From assembly GCA_011109175.1 (NCBI GenBank), contig RDEW01000038.1, forward strand, positions 301,380 to 365,379: 64,000 nucleotides of DNA. The letters run 5' to 3'. Shown here in pieces: positions 21,075 through 35,460 of this stretch. The notes beneath the pieces are model-generated. The model was not told the DNA's origin and made no database searches. It saw only the letters and a program-made list of their open reading frames with translations. Made by a program: the position numbers and the translations under genes. Numbering within the stretch: position 1 is the first letter of the stretch; each line of letters begins with the position of its first letter. The stretch is from Dicyema japonicum. Its lineage: Eukaryota > Animalia > Dicyemida.

Positions 21075-23900
21075 AAGAAAAAGCACTGTAAATTAAGTGA
21101 TGGGGGAAGTAATATGAAACGGTAGGGCATGCCAACCGACTTCTACCCCGACAGTCTCCCCAACAAAAATCCGTAAACACAGGGTCATCTCTGAAGATAA
21201 ATGCCAGATACTTTAGTTCGATTTTTGAAACCTCGAATAAGATCGTCGATAGTTCCTCCAACCTTGCAAATTTTTCCTTCCAACCATAGGGAATTGGCAT
21301 ACGAGATTTATCCCGTAAGCAAGCTTTAGAGCAAAATTTCGCGTTTTCTCAAATTTCTTGAGAATAGAGTCTTTCTTTTTTGAGTCGTACCATCCTTCTA
21401 AACCGTATAGCATTGCAGGTAGTATTGCAGTGTTGAAAACATAAACAAAGGTCTCTGGCTCGAGCTTTAATTTTCTAACGCAGAACAGAGCGTTCGTAGC
21501 TTTTTTCTTTGGTATTTTAGCATATTCCACAAAATTACCTCCCTCGTCAATTAAGAGATCAAAGTATTTCACAGTCTTCTTTCGAGGTATGTCTTTAACG
21601 AGCTCTTAGGTTAATTAGCCTCCTGCTTCCAGTTATCCTTACCAGACCAGACTTTTCATGTTCCACCGAATGGAAGGTTTCATTACACCACTCTTCGATC
21701 TGGTCCATGTACGTTTCCAAACGATTCTCAGATACCAAAGGGTTTAAAGAAACATCATAAATTTTGACGTCATTAGCGTATATCAAAATTTATGTACGTG
21801 GGTTTTCTGGAGAAGGCAATTTAATCATTACAATGTTAAATAATAGAGGACTGAGCACTGAACCCAAAGTACACCTCTTCTCAACCAAATTTCACGAGAT
21901 TAATAGTTTAAAAAATTAACAATTGACCGTCTATCCGAGAGCAAACTTTGTATCCAAAATAGAGTTCCTTTTAAATACCACATTTCGCAAGACAAATAAA
22001 AGACCAAGATGCCACACACTATCGAAAGCTTTGGTATATATCAAGGCAGACTGCGGTCAAACACCCTTTAGTTTCCAAAGCCTTCACAATTGATGCGTTA
22101 ACACTGTACAATCTCCACAAGACCGATTTTCGAAAACCCAACTGATGTCCTTTAGTATATCATTACGTTCTATATTTTCAGAAAGTCTGTTGAAAACAAT
22201 TTTTTCCATAACTCTTGAGATCGTTGGAATAAGGCTTATGGGCCTATAACTGGTTGTTAAGTACCCAGGTTTCCCAGAATTACGTATCAATATGCGAAGG
22301 TATGTGACCCAACCTGATACTGCACCTATAGAGACATTCCAGATATTCATAAAGTACCTTGAGTGCTTCCTTGAATAAACGAATAGCGATATTGTCCTTT
22401 AAAGGAACATTGTCTTTAGTTCATTTTACCGCATTTTCAACTTCCCAGTATTTATAGGGCAGTAACAGGGTAAAGAACTAACTACTTTTTACAACTTTTC
22501 TTTTAGGGAACTGAGGGCCAAGCGAGTCAGTCGCTCATCAGGGTTAACCTGTTGTATTTCTAAAGTTCATCCACAAACAGGTTAGGGATTTCTTATAAAG
22601 ATACAGGAGACCCATCATGACATTGCAACAATGGAATTTCTTTTCTGGATTAACGTCCGGTTACTTTATTATAGACTTTCCAAAAGTTTGGGGTTTTTCG
22701 ATACAACTCCCTACACTGAGCTATCTAAAAATTATTTTTCTTAACTTTTTCTAATCTGCGTATTTCTTGTGTGATCATCATAATTGTTAGCTCCATGAGC
22801 CTACGGTCATGGGATCAGGACATCGACGTAGGTTGTTTTTCAAGCGTTGTTTCCTCTTCAAAATGACTTTAACATTTTTTGGTGTCAAGGGAAAATTCTT
22901 GTCAACCGAATAGACTTTATTCGCCTATGTTTAGAGGTACGATTTTAAAAAACAATTAGAGAGTCACTCGAACTCTCAAGATCCAGCTTGGAAGACTCCG
23001 GATTACAAAAATTCCCAAAACGTTCCAAATATATATGTGTGTTGTCCAATTTAGTCGTGTCCGACTTTAGGAGATCTCATGAACGAGTTTCCAAATATAT
23101 AGCAATGCTTTTTCGGTAATGGCCCCAGTTTATACTTGTCAGATCATAGCATACTAGAGCAGGCTTGACCTCTAAAGGAGCTAGGTTGAGTTTATAAAGG
23201 ATTGGTAGATGATCACTACCAATATCACCAAGCGTATTCGGTTGTTTCAAAAATTGATGAAACAGATTCCGATATTAACGCCATTCCCAAAGAATCCCAG
23301 CCACTTGGAGAATAGTCATCGGGGTCGAGGACATCACAACAGAAAACCCGGAAGACACAGACATATCTTTTGAAACAAGACCGTATCTATTCGTCTCCAG
23401 ACAACCAAACGAGGTATCTTTGGAGTTTAAGTCTCCCAAAAGGATCAAGAACGGTGCATTTCATCATGAAAAAAATTCTCGATAAATTAAGAATACGAAG
23501 ATAATTTTTTAGAAAACATTCCTCCAATTTTCATCCACATATTTTCCAATCGTACTTCCAGAGAAACAAACTCACACAATTCTTGGGATATGATCTTCAG
23601 GTTACGAACCCTTAGATTTTAGTCTGTAGAACAAATATGTACCCGTTCCTCCTACCGAGCCAGACTTCCATTTAATATCAAGAGAACAATATCCCTCAAG
23701 TCGAAAATTATCCTCACTCTTTTAACTTCGTTTCATTAACAATTAGTATATCAACGGGATCGGTGGATAACATATGCACAATCTCAACGCCTTCTTTTTA
23801 AGGATCGGGCGTTCACCGTAATGAGACCTTCCTACCTTCTCCCTATCCAATTCCACTGGTGAAGATTACCATTATGAAAAAAACTTTTCCGGCGAAGAAT
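21075..23900 (-). mobile_element. Decayed APE-RT LINE
   Basis: ITVNARSF/DILIVNETKL (APE start), LLGDLNSK, YRPISLIPTISRVMEK (ORF 22084..22350), KAFDSV, IYANDVKI, PAMLYG. Confidence 0.8.
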
Positions 23901-26202
23901 GAAGTGATGTAGGACGTGCTATGAAAGTGGAAAAGGGTGAATTACTTCTCGACATCTCTTCGGAAGCAGACTATTGAAAGATGAATTTATGTAATTTATA
24001 ACATTATTTTTATTAAAATTTATCTCAGAGTTTCAATAGCTCACTCAAAACTGCGCAAAACTGCAGTATATAGTTAAATAAACAGTTTTGCGCCTTCTGC
24101 ACTGGGACTTGATCGGAATGGTAACGAAAAGGAGTCTCTCACTACCATTATGAGACCAACATTCGTTCTTTTTTGGAAAATATCCACATCCCCAGTTGTC
24201 CCATGGCTTCTAACCGTACGAGGGAGACATGTGGTCAGAACGAGGAAGTTGAAGTGCTCCGTCTCAAAAGAACTGTCCGGTCGAAGTTTAATTGAAGGTG
24301 GCACCCGCGCAGCCATCAGGGCACTTTCCTAGAGTTGACCACGAAAACCGACTCCAGACGCCTACAATATTTTTACTGAACAAGCATCCACTGCCATCCC
24401 AGAACCTACGCTAAGGCGCTCCCCTATCCGGAGTGAGTCCCTTGATTGCATCCAACGATGAAGTTCTCGCAATACGGAATTTTGCCCCTAGTAGCAATGG
24501 CGGGCTCGACCGAATGAGACCTGGCTACCTGAAGGATCTAACATCTTTGTCCGTTGGAGACCAGGGACTTCGTATTACGAATTCAATTACTTCACATATG
24601 AACCAGATCATGTCTAGAGTTCTTCCCGAAGTTCTCCACCACTTTGATAGCCTTTGATAAGAAGGGAGGCAGAGTACGACCAGTTGCGGTCGGGCTTGTC
24701 TTCAGAAGACTGGCTGCTAAATTTGCCTTCAGACATTCTATTTCACTCGTCACAAAATTCTTGAACCCACCTTAAGTAGGCGTCGGTATTCGCTTGGGAT
24801 GCGAGGCCGATGTCCATTCAATGAGGACATCAAGAACGCCTTCAATAGTTTAGGAGGGACAATATCCTAAAGGCTTGTGTTGAGAGATGCCCTAATATCT
24901 TCGAATTTGTGAATCAGTCATACAGCCTACCTTCATCTTTACTTTTCGAAAACTACCTAATCTAAGGATGTCAAAATTCTGCCCTCGGCAAGTTTAGGTG
25001 CGGCCCGCGAGCCTCATGCGCAGCAGTAATGTTTAGTGGAGTTAGTTAAATGCGACAGTACCGTGCAGCTCAATTTTATGGCTATAAAACGAATATTTTA
25101 ATTTTAATTATAAAATATTTTTTTAATTTTAATTATTTTTAATAGTATTTGTAGATGTTGTTTGTCAATGCCACGTGTTTGTTCTGGAAATAAAAAATGG
25201 TGTTTGAAAGATGAAAAGAGAGTGTTTCTAAAAACTGGGAACTTATCTATTTTTTACAACGATTGATGGAAAAATACATTGTTTGATATGTAACCAATTT
25301 CATCGCTATACCGAAAGAATACAACTTAAAAAGGCATTACCATTCTAATTATAGATCATACGATTATTTCGAAGGTACTAAGTTGTTTATTAACCAATGA
25401 GGTACAATGCGTGTTTCAAAGCTTAATGAATTACGAAATAATGTGACTTCGTCACAGGCTCATTTCACAAACATTCACATTCGAAGTACTGCATCAGTTA
25501 TTGCAAGCTATGAAATAAGCAGAATGCTTGCAATGAATGGGAAATCATATTGTGATGGTGATTTCATCAAGCAATGCCTCATAAAAACAGCAAATATTAT
25601 TTGTCCAGACAAGACTCACTTGTTCAAAGATATTTTCTTTGACCAGAAACACAGTTGCCGAACATATCAAAGAAATGTTTTTTGCATTTGAAACAAAAAT
25701 TAAAGTCTGTACTGTTTAAATTTGAATATTTTTCAATTGCGATCGACCTGACTTCTATTGTTTAAATTTATAAAGCCAAAATAAAACTTATTAAAAAAAA
25801 TTGCGATCGATGAAACGGTCGACGTTATTGGAATTGCATAATTAGCAATCTTTATAGAGCTTGTGATTCAGATTTTAATATTTATGAAGAATTTCTCGAA
25901 CTTGTACCAATGCATGATACTACTACAAGTGAAGATATCTTTGTTAAACTGCTACAAATTTTCTTTGACTATGGATTTGATTAAAATAAGCTTATACGTT
26001 TGTGCACCGATGGTGCTCCGAATATGGCTGGATGACATGCTGGAGTTGCTGTCAAATTGCGAGCTAAAATAAAAAATTTAAATCCTGGTCATCATTTGCT
26101 CATTTTCATTGTATTATGTCGCGAGCGCTACTTGCAATATCGATTTTTTTGCTCGAAATTAAACGAGTAGTATTAAGACACTCACAAGTCGAACCATTTT
26201 AA

Positions 26203-27470
26203 CAGATATAACATGATTTATTCGCAAAACCCCAACTAACTAAACAAGGTAAGAGCCATTAACTAAAGAGGAAAGCCAAGATTTGGGGTCGTCTCTATCG
26301 GGGCACTCATGAGACACCGTATGTCTCTTCTCCGTAAAAAGCCCCAATTACAATGCGAGTTTCCACAAGCAATGTAATAAATCACCGATTCTTCTCGTTT
26401 TTCTTTCGTATTCGTCATCAATTTCAGATGCTAAATCCAATCCATGTGCTTCAATTTAGTTGCGTTTATAATTAGAACTTCCATCTGGATCGTGCTATAG
26501 CAACCAGCACTGAGGCCCGTTTCCGAAGAGAACGGGCATTAATGAGGTTTATCCTGACTACTTCTGGTTTTTTCGGTGGCTGCCCTCTCTTCTTAAGAGC
26601 ACCACTCTCTTTTCTGTGTTGAAGCTTCTACTGTTTCTTTTTTAGAAGGTTTCTTATTATATGTTGTATTCCAGCCAGTCTTCCCATACATTCTAAACTC
26701 TGACTTTAATTTCTTATTCGTTCCAGTTTTGGAAACTTCACTTTCTCCATTATGGGCATTTTCTCGTTTTAGAGATAATTTTCCATTCGATTCTTTCCTT
26801 TTTTGGTCAATTTTGTTTTTCTTCACAATGTTAGCTTCAACAGCCTTGGGGCATCTTCCATAATTTAGTTTCGTTTATAATTAGAACATCCATCTGGATC
26901 GTGCTGGCTAGAGCAACGAGCACTGAGGCCCGTTTCCAAAGAGAACGGGCATTAATCAGGGTTATCCTGACTACTTCTGGTTTTTTCGGTGGCTGCCCTC
27001 TCTTCTTAAGAGCACCACTCTCTTCTCTGTGTTGAAGCTTCTACTGTTTCTTTTTTAGAATGTTTCTTATTATATGTCCTATTCCAGCCAGTTTTAATTT
27101 CTTATTCGTTCCAATTTTGGAAACTTCACTTTCTCCATTAAGGGCATTTTCTCGTTTTAGAGATAATTTTCCATTCGATTCTTTCCTTTTTGGTCAATTT
27201 TGTTTTTTTTCGCTATGTTAGGTTCAACAGCCTTGGGAGATCTTTATAATTGGCAAAGTCGATGGATGAACCACAATTCAAAGACTTATTATTGTTGTTA
27301 ACCGGACACTGCGATCTTCTATGTGAATCAGAACAAACATGGCATCTTTCAACACATTTCCATTAGGCCTGAAGTATGTTTCTCAAACTCGTAGTATATT
27401 TCTTCGTCTTGTAGCACCAGTGGCACCACTTTTTCATTAGTGGCACCACTGAAGCTTCGCCCATTTTAAA
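26203..27470 (-). mobile_element. LINE ORF1/ORF2-junction fragment inserted in Ginger copy A
   Basis: Zinc-knuckle-like CVERCHVCSDSHRRSQCP...NCG followed by the APE start ITLINARSLWKR. Flanked by a 12-bp direct repeat, GAACCATTTTAA (26191-26202 and 27471-27482). Confidence 0.75.
26453..27250. repeat. Tandem duplication, ~409-bp unit, two copies
   Basis: 26453-26861 is repeated from 26862; the second copy has a ~25-nt deletion. Confidence 0.95.
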
Positions 27471-30400
27471 GAACCATTTTAAAGAAACCAGTTTTACTCA
27501 AAAAAACATGAAACTAAAATTATATGTAGATTTATGTTATGCTTTAAAACATATAAAATTGAATTTATTTTTTAAATTCTTAAATTATCTTACTATTAAT
27601 AATACTGATAAGCATTCTAAATAATTAAAAAATTAATTTCAACAATAAAACTCTTCATTTTTCAATATTTTAAACTATTAAAAATTCCAGGTTATACGAC
27701 TGTACTCAGTTAAGACAAAAAATTCAAAAAAAATATTTTATTTATAAGAAAAGGTAGTCACTTCTTTTTAAGCTTTTTAACGCGACTCGTGTGGAAGATC
27801 TCGCTATGTCCCTCATTTGATTGAAGTGTCATTCGCTTGTTAGACAATATATCTAGACTTTCACTTTTTCACTGTAGGGAAATTCAAATTTCCCTAACTT
27901 TAGCGAGGGATTTGTCCCATGGTCTTTTTTTACGCAAACCTATATTGTCAATGTAATTAACTAACCTCATCTCCTTTCTCAAATGAGTATTTTGAGCAAT
28001 GAACACCCACGAAACGGATTGTAACATAATTTATATATAAGGCCATATAACCTGTTGAACTATGATAACTAAGATTATAAAATTGGACAGCTTTTTTAAT
28101 CTGTTTTTTCCAACATTTATTTGGATCATCAAACAACATCTTCGACAAAGTTCGAGTGATTATCTGATTGAATCTTTCTTTTTGAATAAATATCACTTTT
28201 TTTCTTTAAGCTTTTTGTAACACCATATTTTGAATAAATATCAATAGCCGTTAAAAGCCACGAATAGCCATCATTATGCTCGCTAAACCTAGAGAATATA
28301 AAAAATTTATACCTTTTAAGATCGATTAAATCTATTTGAAATCTCTCATTAAGCCGAGTTGCTATTATATGATTTTCTTCATCATATTCCTTAAGACTTC
28401 TGGCAAAAAGACATGTCTCACAAGTCAGAAGGGGCAGGTCAGAAGTTTTCGTACAGACAATATCATAAGAATTCGTGGAAGTGCTATGAATGAAATATAA
28501 ATATCGTTTTTATTAAGTCAAAGCAATCTCCTACTGGAATGGAAATATTGGAATCCGCAGATAAAACTGTTATTCAAAAGAATACCACATTATAAACAAT
28601 CTGATAAAAAACAAGGAAGACTCTTGAAAAGCAAATAGTCTGGAGAGAAATATAGAGGAGAGAATATAAATAGGGACAAATCAAATAGTGAAGAATAATC
28701 CATATTTAAAGGATACCAAAATACAAAATATATATTAGACATTTTGATAACAGCCTTTCAACTCTATTTGATGAATCCACTAATATATTAATGAAGAAAA
28801 TGTAAGACAATACAAAAATAATATGGACTAAGCATTAGCACAAACGAAGCACCACAACAACGTGGACAAGCGTGACATAACAATTCAAATTAGAATTAAT
28901 AGTTTATATTAATTTTATACATTAAAATTAATATTTTATATTACTAAAAATTAGAATTTTAATCCAAAAGAACAATTTTCATAGATTCAAAAAAATTCAA
29001 AAAATTCAAAAAATCGATATTGCAGGTAGCGCATAGTTGCAAGTAGCGCTTGCGACATATTATTTATCAGCAAAATTTGTGCTATTATGGAAATGAAAGG
29101 CCAAAACACAGACGAGATGAAAAGTGAATCTTGGATCCAAGATTTGGCCTTTGCAGTTGATATTCCTTCACATATGAACGACCTTAATTTGGAATTGCAG
29201 GGCAAAAACAAGCTCATAACTCAGTTGTCAGATGATATCAAGTGTTTTATTTCGAAAATAAAATTATGGAAATCTCAGCTATTAAATAAAGATTTAGTTC
29301 ATTTTTCTACGTGTAAACAACTGAGGAGTACTGTTGGTGCACATACTGTAATTAGTTTTTCCAAGTATGAAGGACAACTTTTTGTTAAAGGAATTTCTAA
29401 AAAATTTAATGATTTCTCGTTTTTTGAACAATAATTTTCATTATTCACAGCACCATTCGTTTTTAATGCTTCCAATGCAGATAAAGTTTACAAATGGAAT
29501 TGTTGGAGATCCAATCGGATTCTATACTAAAGGCTAAATATTTGGAGGTTGGAATACTTGGTTTTTTTCACGTCTTACTGAAAAATTTAAAAACTTTAAA
29601 AATTTTGCTACCATAATAATTGCTATGTTTGGTTAGAAAGATGTGTGTAAACAACTTTGTTCATTTATGAAATTAACAAAAACAGTTCAAAGAACAAGAC
29701 TCACTGATGAAAATTTATCGGCTTTAATAAAAGTCGGGACTACACGAATAGTTGAGCTCAACATATCAAAAATTGTATCCGAAAAAGATGTCAATCTTCC
29801 GGAAGTTGCTCTAAACACGATTAGAAGATGGTGACTACATATTTAGTTTTCCCTTATTTTTGGTTTTTCATTAAAATAAATAAGTAATCTTGATGAAAAA
29901 TTATCATAAAAAGCGGCCCTCGAAGCTAAATAGTTTGACACCCCTGACCTACTCCATTCCTATTCCTGGAGTGCAACAGGGAGATCCTCTTGGACCCCAA
30001 TTGTTTTGCCTTGCAATAGAGAAAATCACCAAACTTCCGTGCTCGCCCCCGGATACTGTTTTCCGGGATTTGGAAGTGATAATTCAAGCACCGTTGGAAG
30101 CTGGAATGGAATTAAATTACACTAAATGCGAAACCTACAATTGCGGACTTTCAGAAGAGAAGTATTCAAAAGCTTTGTCATGTTTCGGTAAATTTACTGC
30201 CTGGAAGTATTTCCAAACCCGATGAAGAACTTATATTCTTCGGGTCCCCAATCACCATAAATGCAATGGGAAGAGCTATACGTGAAAAAACGACTGTTAC
30301 TCGAAGAGACTCTGAACCGCATGTGTCTACTTGACATGCATACAACATTATTCCTCCTGAAAAACAGTCTCAACGTACAGAGGCTTGCATATGTCCTGAG

Positions 30401-32129
30401 GACTGCTCCCTATTTCACCCTGTGTGACCAACTCGCACAGATTAACGAGATATTCCGTACGACAGCGGAACGTGTCTTCAAAGTCCGGTTCGAAGATTAC
30501 TCATGGAAGTAAGCCACACTGCCGATGAGACTCGAAGGACTTGGAATTCGGAACCCTGTGGACCTTTCTCTCCCTTCATACCTATCATCGCTATTGGCCT
30601 GTGACTCCATGTCAAGAGGATTCTACACTCAATACCTGAATTCTCTATTGACAAGGACGCCGGCCATGCTTGTGAGGCATGGAGCCACACTTATCAGCTT
30701 TCTCTGCCTTCCTTGTTCTCTCAACGGGGCTTGGACGATGCTATATGCTGGAATTCTTTCAAAGATTTGCTAGTGTCATCTAGCCAACATCGCCGCCGTG
30801 CCTGCTTGTTGTAGGGGGCCTCTTCCAAAGCGCCATTCCAATTGGAATTCTGGGTACCTTCCTGAATGATGAATGCGTCCGTATTAGGATCTCATTGCGA
30901 ATGGGATTAAAAGTCTTGTGTTCCACATCTGTGCCGATGCAGAGACAAGATCGACTTGATTTAGCCTACACACTCTATCCTGCATGAGGAGTGCAGGCAG
31001 ATTTCCCAGAAGCCTGAACGAAGTCGTTAGGCGAGCTTTGGACGCTGCCGGACACCCCTTTATGCTCGAACCTGACAACAAAGAATAAATCTAGAAGATA
31101 TCTTTCAGAGATATCAGGTGTCCTCCAGATGTTGTTACCACAATGACCGGATAATTTTATTTTTTGTTTTAACAATGGGAGAGAAGACGGATGCATTTCT
31201 CTCCACTATGGGACGAACATTGTATTGGAACGAAATAACCCGCCTATGAATACCGAAAGTCAAAGTGGGTTCAGAGAAGGAAGATCAACAGCTGATGCAG
31301 TCTGGAGTCACTGATGGGGATGTGCAACACTTCAAAGATATTGCAATGCCACCCACATTCTGGGAATAGATCTATCAAAAGCCTTTGATCGGTTAACAGG
31401 AACAAATTGATGACAGTGCTGGAAGGACATCTTGACGAATAAAGTCTAACCAAACATAATTTCGTTTTGGAGATTTCATCCTTAAAGACAAACGAGTCCG
31501 GTTCTTGGCTTTTACCACTGAACCAATTATCATTGATTCTACAAGAGCCCGGGACCTCTGGTAAATATCAAATATCGAAAACCTTTGGAAGCGTCCACGA
31601 CGCCTGAGGACGGCCGGCCTCATACAGGGTAGCGAGGTCAAAGTTAAGACGTGATGCTTGTAGAATGTGTCTGATTACAACCATAAGAACTGGATAAACA
31701 TCTCCATGTATATCTGGGGTTATTTAAAAAACCCTCAAAAATTTAGTAAACAAAACAATGAAAACAAAATTCCCTTAATTGTTTCTCGACCTATATTAGT
31801 TGTGTATTTGCAAGTCTTGAAGTTATAAAATATGAAAGCATCTAATTCGAGAATTCAAAATCAATATATAAAATCAATACGAATTTCTTTCATTTGTATT
31901 TATTATTAAAATTCGAGTTATAACTGATATAGAGTTTCTCGAACATTAGCGTCACTTTCCCAATCAATAACGCACTAATTTTTTAAGGTAAAAACAAACT
32001 TTTTTTTTAATTTTCAACACCTCCTCTGGAAACATAGTTTTTCTACGTGGTGAATAAATTATAATTGGAATAGGAGATGACGTAATAGGTAATGGACCAT
32101 AATTTGTTATTAATAGCAATGTCAGCGAA

Positions 32130-33765
32130 ACCATAAAAGTTAACTAATTTAAGATTCCACTTTTGCCATGCATCTCTGGACACGCGCTGTAAGTCGTTTC
32201 CATCCTCCCCTGTTTCTCGCAATCACTCTCAGGAATTTGATAGAAGAAGCAAACACAGTAGTTATTGGGATCTCGATACAGACCTCTCTCGGAGCTATTA
32301 TTATCTTCAACGTATATGTTCCCCTCAAATTTCCTGTGCAAAAGGGTTTTCTATGGATTTATCTGCCCTAGATATGATGGAAAACTTGTTGGTATTTTAA
32401 TGCCAAGCACCCTTCGTGGTATGAAAAACAACCTCCAGACACAAGAGGATTTCATATAATTTCCCAATTAGAAAATCTGTCCATTATGAACGACCCAAAT
32501 AAGAATACACGAACCTCGTATAATAGCAAGGATTCGATTACATCACCGGATATTACGTTATGTTCATCACGGCTTGCTTAGCTTATATGCTGGTCGGTAA
32601 ACTATGACTTACGAATTGTTTTTTCTTTACCAAATATTAAAATTTTAAAGATTTAAAATTATTTTCAATATCCTAATACTTTATATTTTATGGTAAAAAA
32701 GTAAAAAGATTAAAATTTATTAAGTGGTGCCATAACTTTTTTGGCCCACTGTAAATACATCAAAGAAGTTATAACAGATGGCCTTAACAAAAGACCAGAA
32801 CAGAAAAAGACGATTGTATGCTCAATTGATTTCCAGAAGGTTTTTGACTTGGTTTCGAGGAAGATTATCACGCACAAAATATATTCGTCGAACTTTGACG
32901 TATAGATGAAATTATGGTTGGGAAATTTCTTAAGTGGTCGACGAGGACGGGTACACCATGGTAATCGATGTTCCGTATCGAGACTATTAGCAAATGGCGT
33001 ACCCCAGGGCTCCCCATAATCTCCCCTATTGTTAAACGTTATGATGGATGACTTGCCACTCCCTCAGGGGACGATGACTTATTATTAACGTATGCTGATG
33101 ATATAGTGATTGCCTCGAGGGATGTGAGTATTGTGGAAGCAACGAGAAGAATACAGGACAATATTAATAAATTAGGTTTATGGCTTTGGGAAAATCAATT
33201 GACTGCTACCCCGGAGAAGTCGGTGTCGACCTTATTCACGACAAACAGAAAACTAATGAAAGTATCAATTGACGTCACACTGGATAAGAAGAATATCCCG
33301 CAAAACAAATACCAGAAAATTCTGGGAGTTACTTTTGACACCTTCCTAATCTTTGCAAAACACGTTTATAATATGCTACTGACTTGTACGAAATAAATCA
33401 ACTTCCTGAAGGCGTTCTTGGGAAACCTAAGAGACAAAAAAGATCTAAGTTGACTGGATGTCATGTACATACAGTTCATCAAGGTTACAATAGGATACGC
33501 ATGTAATGTCTTGTGATTTAACCTTGCTGCAATAAGTTTGGATGAAATCTGCAAAATTCAAGTGAAGGCATCAAACCTACTAAGGATATATTCCCATGTG
33601 GAAATCCTGCCCAGAAACCTAGAAAATATGATAGAGGCGACTGGAACAGTGCTCTGCGAAGGACTCGAGTATGCGGACCCCATCCATATCGGAAATGCGC
33701 AGGAACGCAATCGGAACACCGAGAAAAGATGCAGAGAATGTTGAGGGAGGCTGGGATCACCTGAA
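32130..33765 (+). mobile_element. Decayed Ingi/Vingi-like LINE with internal deletions
   Basis: IFNVYVP (APE), IDFQKVFD, GVPQGSP, YADDIV and KILGVTFD; ends GGCTGGGATCACCTGA. Confidence 0.85.
32600..32753. mobile_element. Tc1-like terminal fragment
   Basis: Ends TTTTGGCCCACTG-TA, the reverse complement of a TACAGTGGGCCAAAA-type TIR. The insert is AT-rich and interrupts the LINE. Confidence 0.6.
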
Positions 33766-34449
33766 TTTTGTTTATTGGATTTGAATGGTGGTTTTCTGGT
33801 TCAAAAAATTGCAGATTTATCAGGCTCTTTGGCAGGAGAGTTTTTGACATCAGACGTAGTGATAGCAATCAGTATTCCCTGAGGAGTTTGAACGTTTTTC
33901 AATTTGCATAAACGGGAGCATTTGTTTATATTGATGTGACTCACTTTTGTGTAGCGGTCCATTATGATATTTGAGTAAAATCACGTGGTGTTTGATTCTT
34001 GTCAATACTGGTTGCGTGGACTGTCTCCATTCTATTTTGTTTCGACTTACTTCCACATAAAGTATTATAAAATCCTCTAGTTTTGTTCGGTGGTTAATTT
34101 TGGTTGTTCCATCGGTCCAATTTCCTCTTGTTGAATAACTCTAATTTCACTATTAAGGCTGGATAGTTTGGCCTCATAATTTCTTAATACGAAAAATCTC
34201 TCAGATGGAAATCTATTTGTGCATTAAAATCTGGTTTGGTAATTTCTTTTCCGATCGACGTGGAATACTCAAAATCAAAACTTATTTAGTTCTTTTCATT
34301 TCCTTTGAAATCTACTGTCACTCTTTTCACATCCGGCCGTTGTCAGCTAAATTCCCTTCAAATTATTCCATTCTTGTTGAAACATTTCACGTCATAAAAC
34401 ATCTCAAAAATATTTTGAATTAAATTTTACCAACAACTAACCTTCTCGA

Positions 34450-34800
34450 AACACGTGGATGAACAAAATACATAGGTTTCTCACAAAATCAATATTCTAA
34501 AAGTTGTATCAGATCATTTTTCAGTTAAGAATGCCTTCATATATAAACAATTAATTCGAATCTTAACTTCGTAAGCTCATGTTGGTTTTCTTTACTCAAT
34601 TGATAAACTATATAAAATCAATAAATTCGCCATCAGAAAGATAACTGGATGTCCTAATCAACCTCCTATTAATCATCTCAACTACGAAACAAAAATCCTT
34701 CCAAACAAAGATCATTTGGGAATGAAAACTATAAAAATCCACCCCCAAACCTATAAACCAGAAGATCGTTGTTATCCTTTATAGAAAATCCCTAAAAACT
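34450..34800 (+). mobile_element. Old LINE fragment, post-RT region
   Basis: AIRKITGCP...HLNYETKILPNKDHLGM parallels ALRIITGC...HLHWESKILPLYDHLEM in ORF 11021..12817. Confidence 0.65.
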
Positions 34801-35249
34801 ATTATGACAACTTGTGCCCTGTATTAATTGTCATCTATATTCATATTCAGTCTCTCATATACAGAGGTCGTTTAAAAAAAGAAACACGATTTTGTTTCCA
34901 AGTGAGAACTCCGAATACTAGATACTAGCAAAATAATACACCGATCCCCTCATTCGATGGAATCAGGTTCCTCTTTACAGATGACATCTTTCTTCTAAAC
35001 CGAAAATATTGAAAAGGAAAGAAGTGTTGAATGCAACAAATATTCAAATTTAGATTCCATCCAAATAGTCTTTATTCGATTAACTGCCATAGCAACTCTG
35101 TTAAATCATCTTAATAATTAAATTTAGCATCAAATCTACTCAAATGAGCTTTAAATTGGATTTCAAATTAAAAACTCATCAAAATATAAAAAAATTAAAC
35201 CTAATGGTGTTTTTAGATAATTGGTTGGAAGGCTGAGCTTATGACGTAT

Positions 35250-35460
35250 TTCTAATGTACTTTATGTCATGACTGATGTAATACAAATAATACAGTTATT
35301 ATTAAGCGATCTCGATCTGTTACGGTAATGAACCTGAAAAACTAACAACAAACGCATCTTTCTCCACTCGCCACTGTTATAAGCAAGCTCCCGTAGTCCA
35401 TCCAGATCTTCTCCTTCTCTGAGTTGTCTCCCAATCTTTTTTTGAATATCCAAAGTTGAA
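35250..35460 (-). mobile_element. RTE 3' stub
   Basis: GEDLDGLRELAYNSGEWRKM matches the ends of the RTE copies at 13969 and 43200. Confidence 0.7.

Larger units (their letters stand above)
26117..29057 (-). mobile_element. Ginger-like integrase transposon, family 3, copy A
   Basis: TIR TGTCGCGAGCGCTACTTGCAA... and TSD TATTA (26112-26116 and 29058-29062). Integrase remnants CETC...NERFQIDLIDL (~28320-28420) and ERFNQIITRTLSKML...YNLSYHSSTG (ORF 27957..28196). Both arms are near-identical to copy B. Confidence 0.9.
24963..29946 (+). mobile_element. hAT transposon (SPIN/GTF2IRD2-like), interrupted by Ginger-like copy A
   Basis: 14-bp imperfect TIRs (TAAGGATGTCAAAA / GTTTGACACCCCTG) and an 8-bp TSD, ACCTAATC/ACCTACTC. 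BED finger (CLIC...EYNLKRHY), GDFIKQCL, LCTDGAPNM, HCIIYQ across the insertion, WIQDLAFAVDI. Confidence 0.9.
24050..31250 (+). mobile_element. CRE-like RLE non-LTR retrotransposon, split by a hAT insertion
   Basis: GGLDRMRPGYLKDL, RPVAVGLVFRRLAAK and IKNAFNS lie left of the hAT. GVQQGDPLGPQLFCLAI (ORF 29890..30225) and RLEGLGIR lie right of it. Confidence 0.85.
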
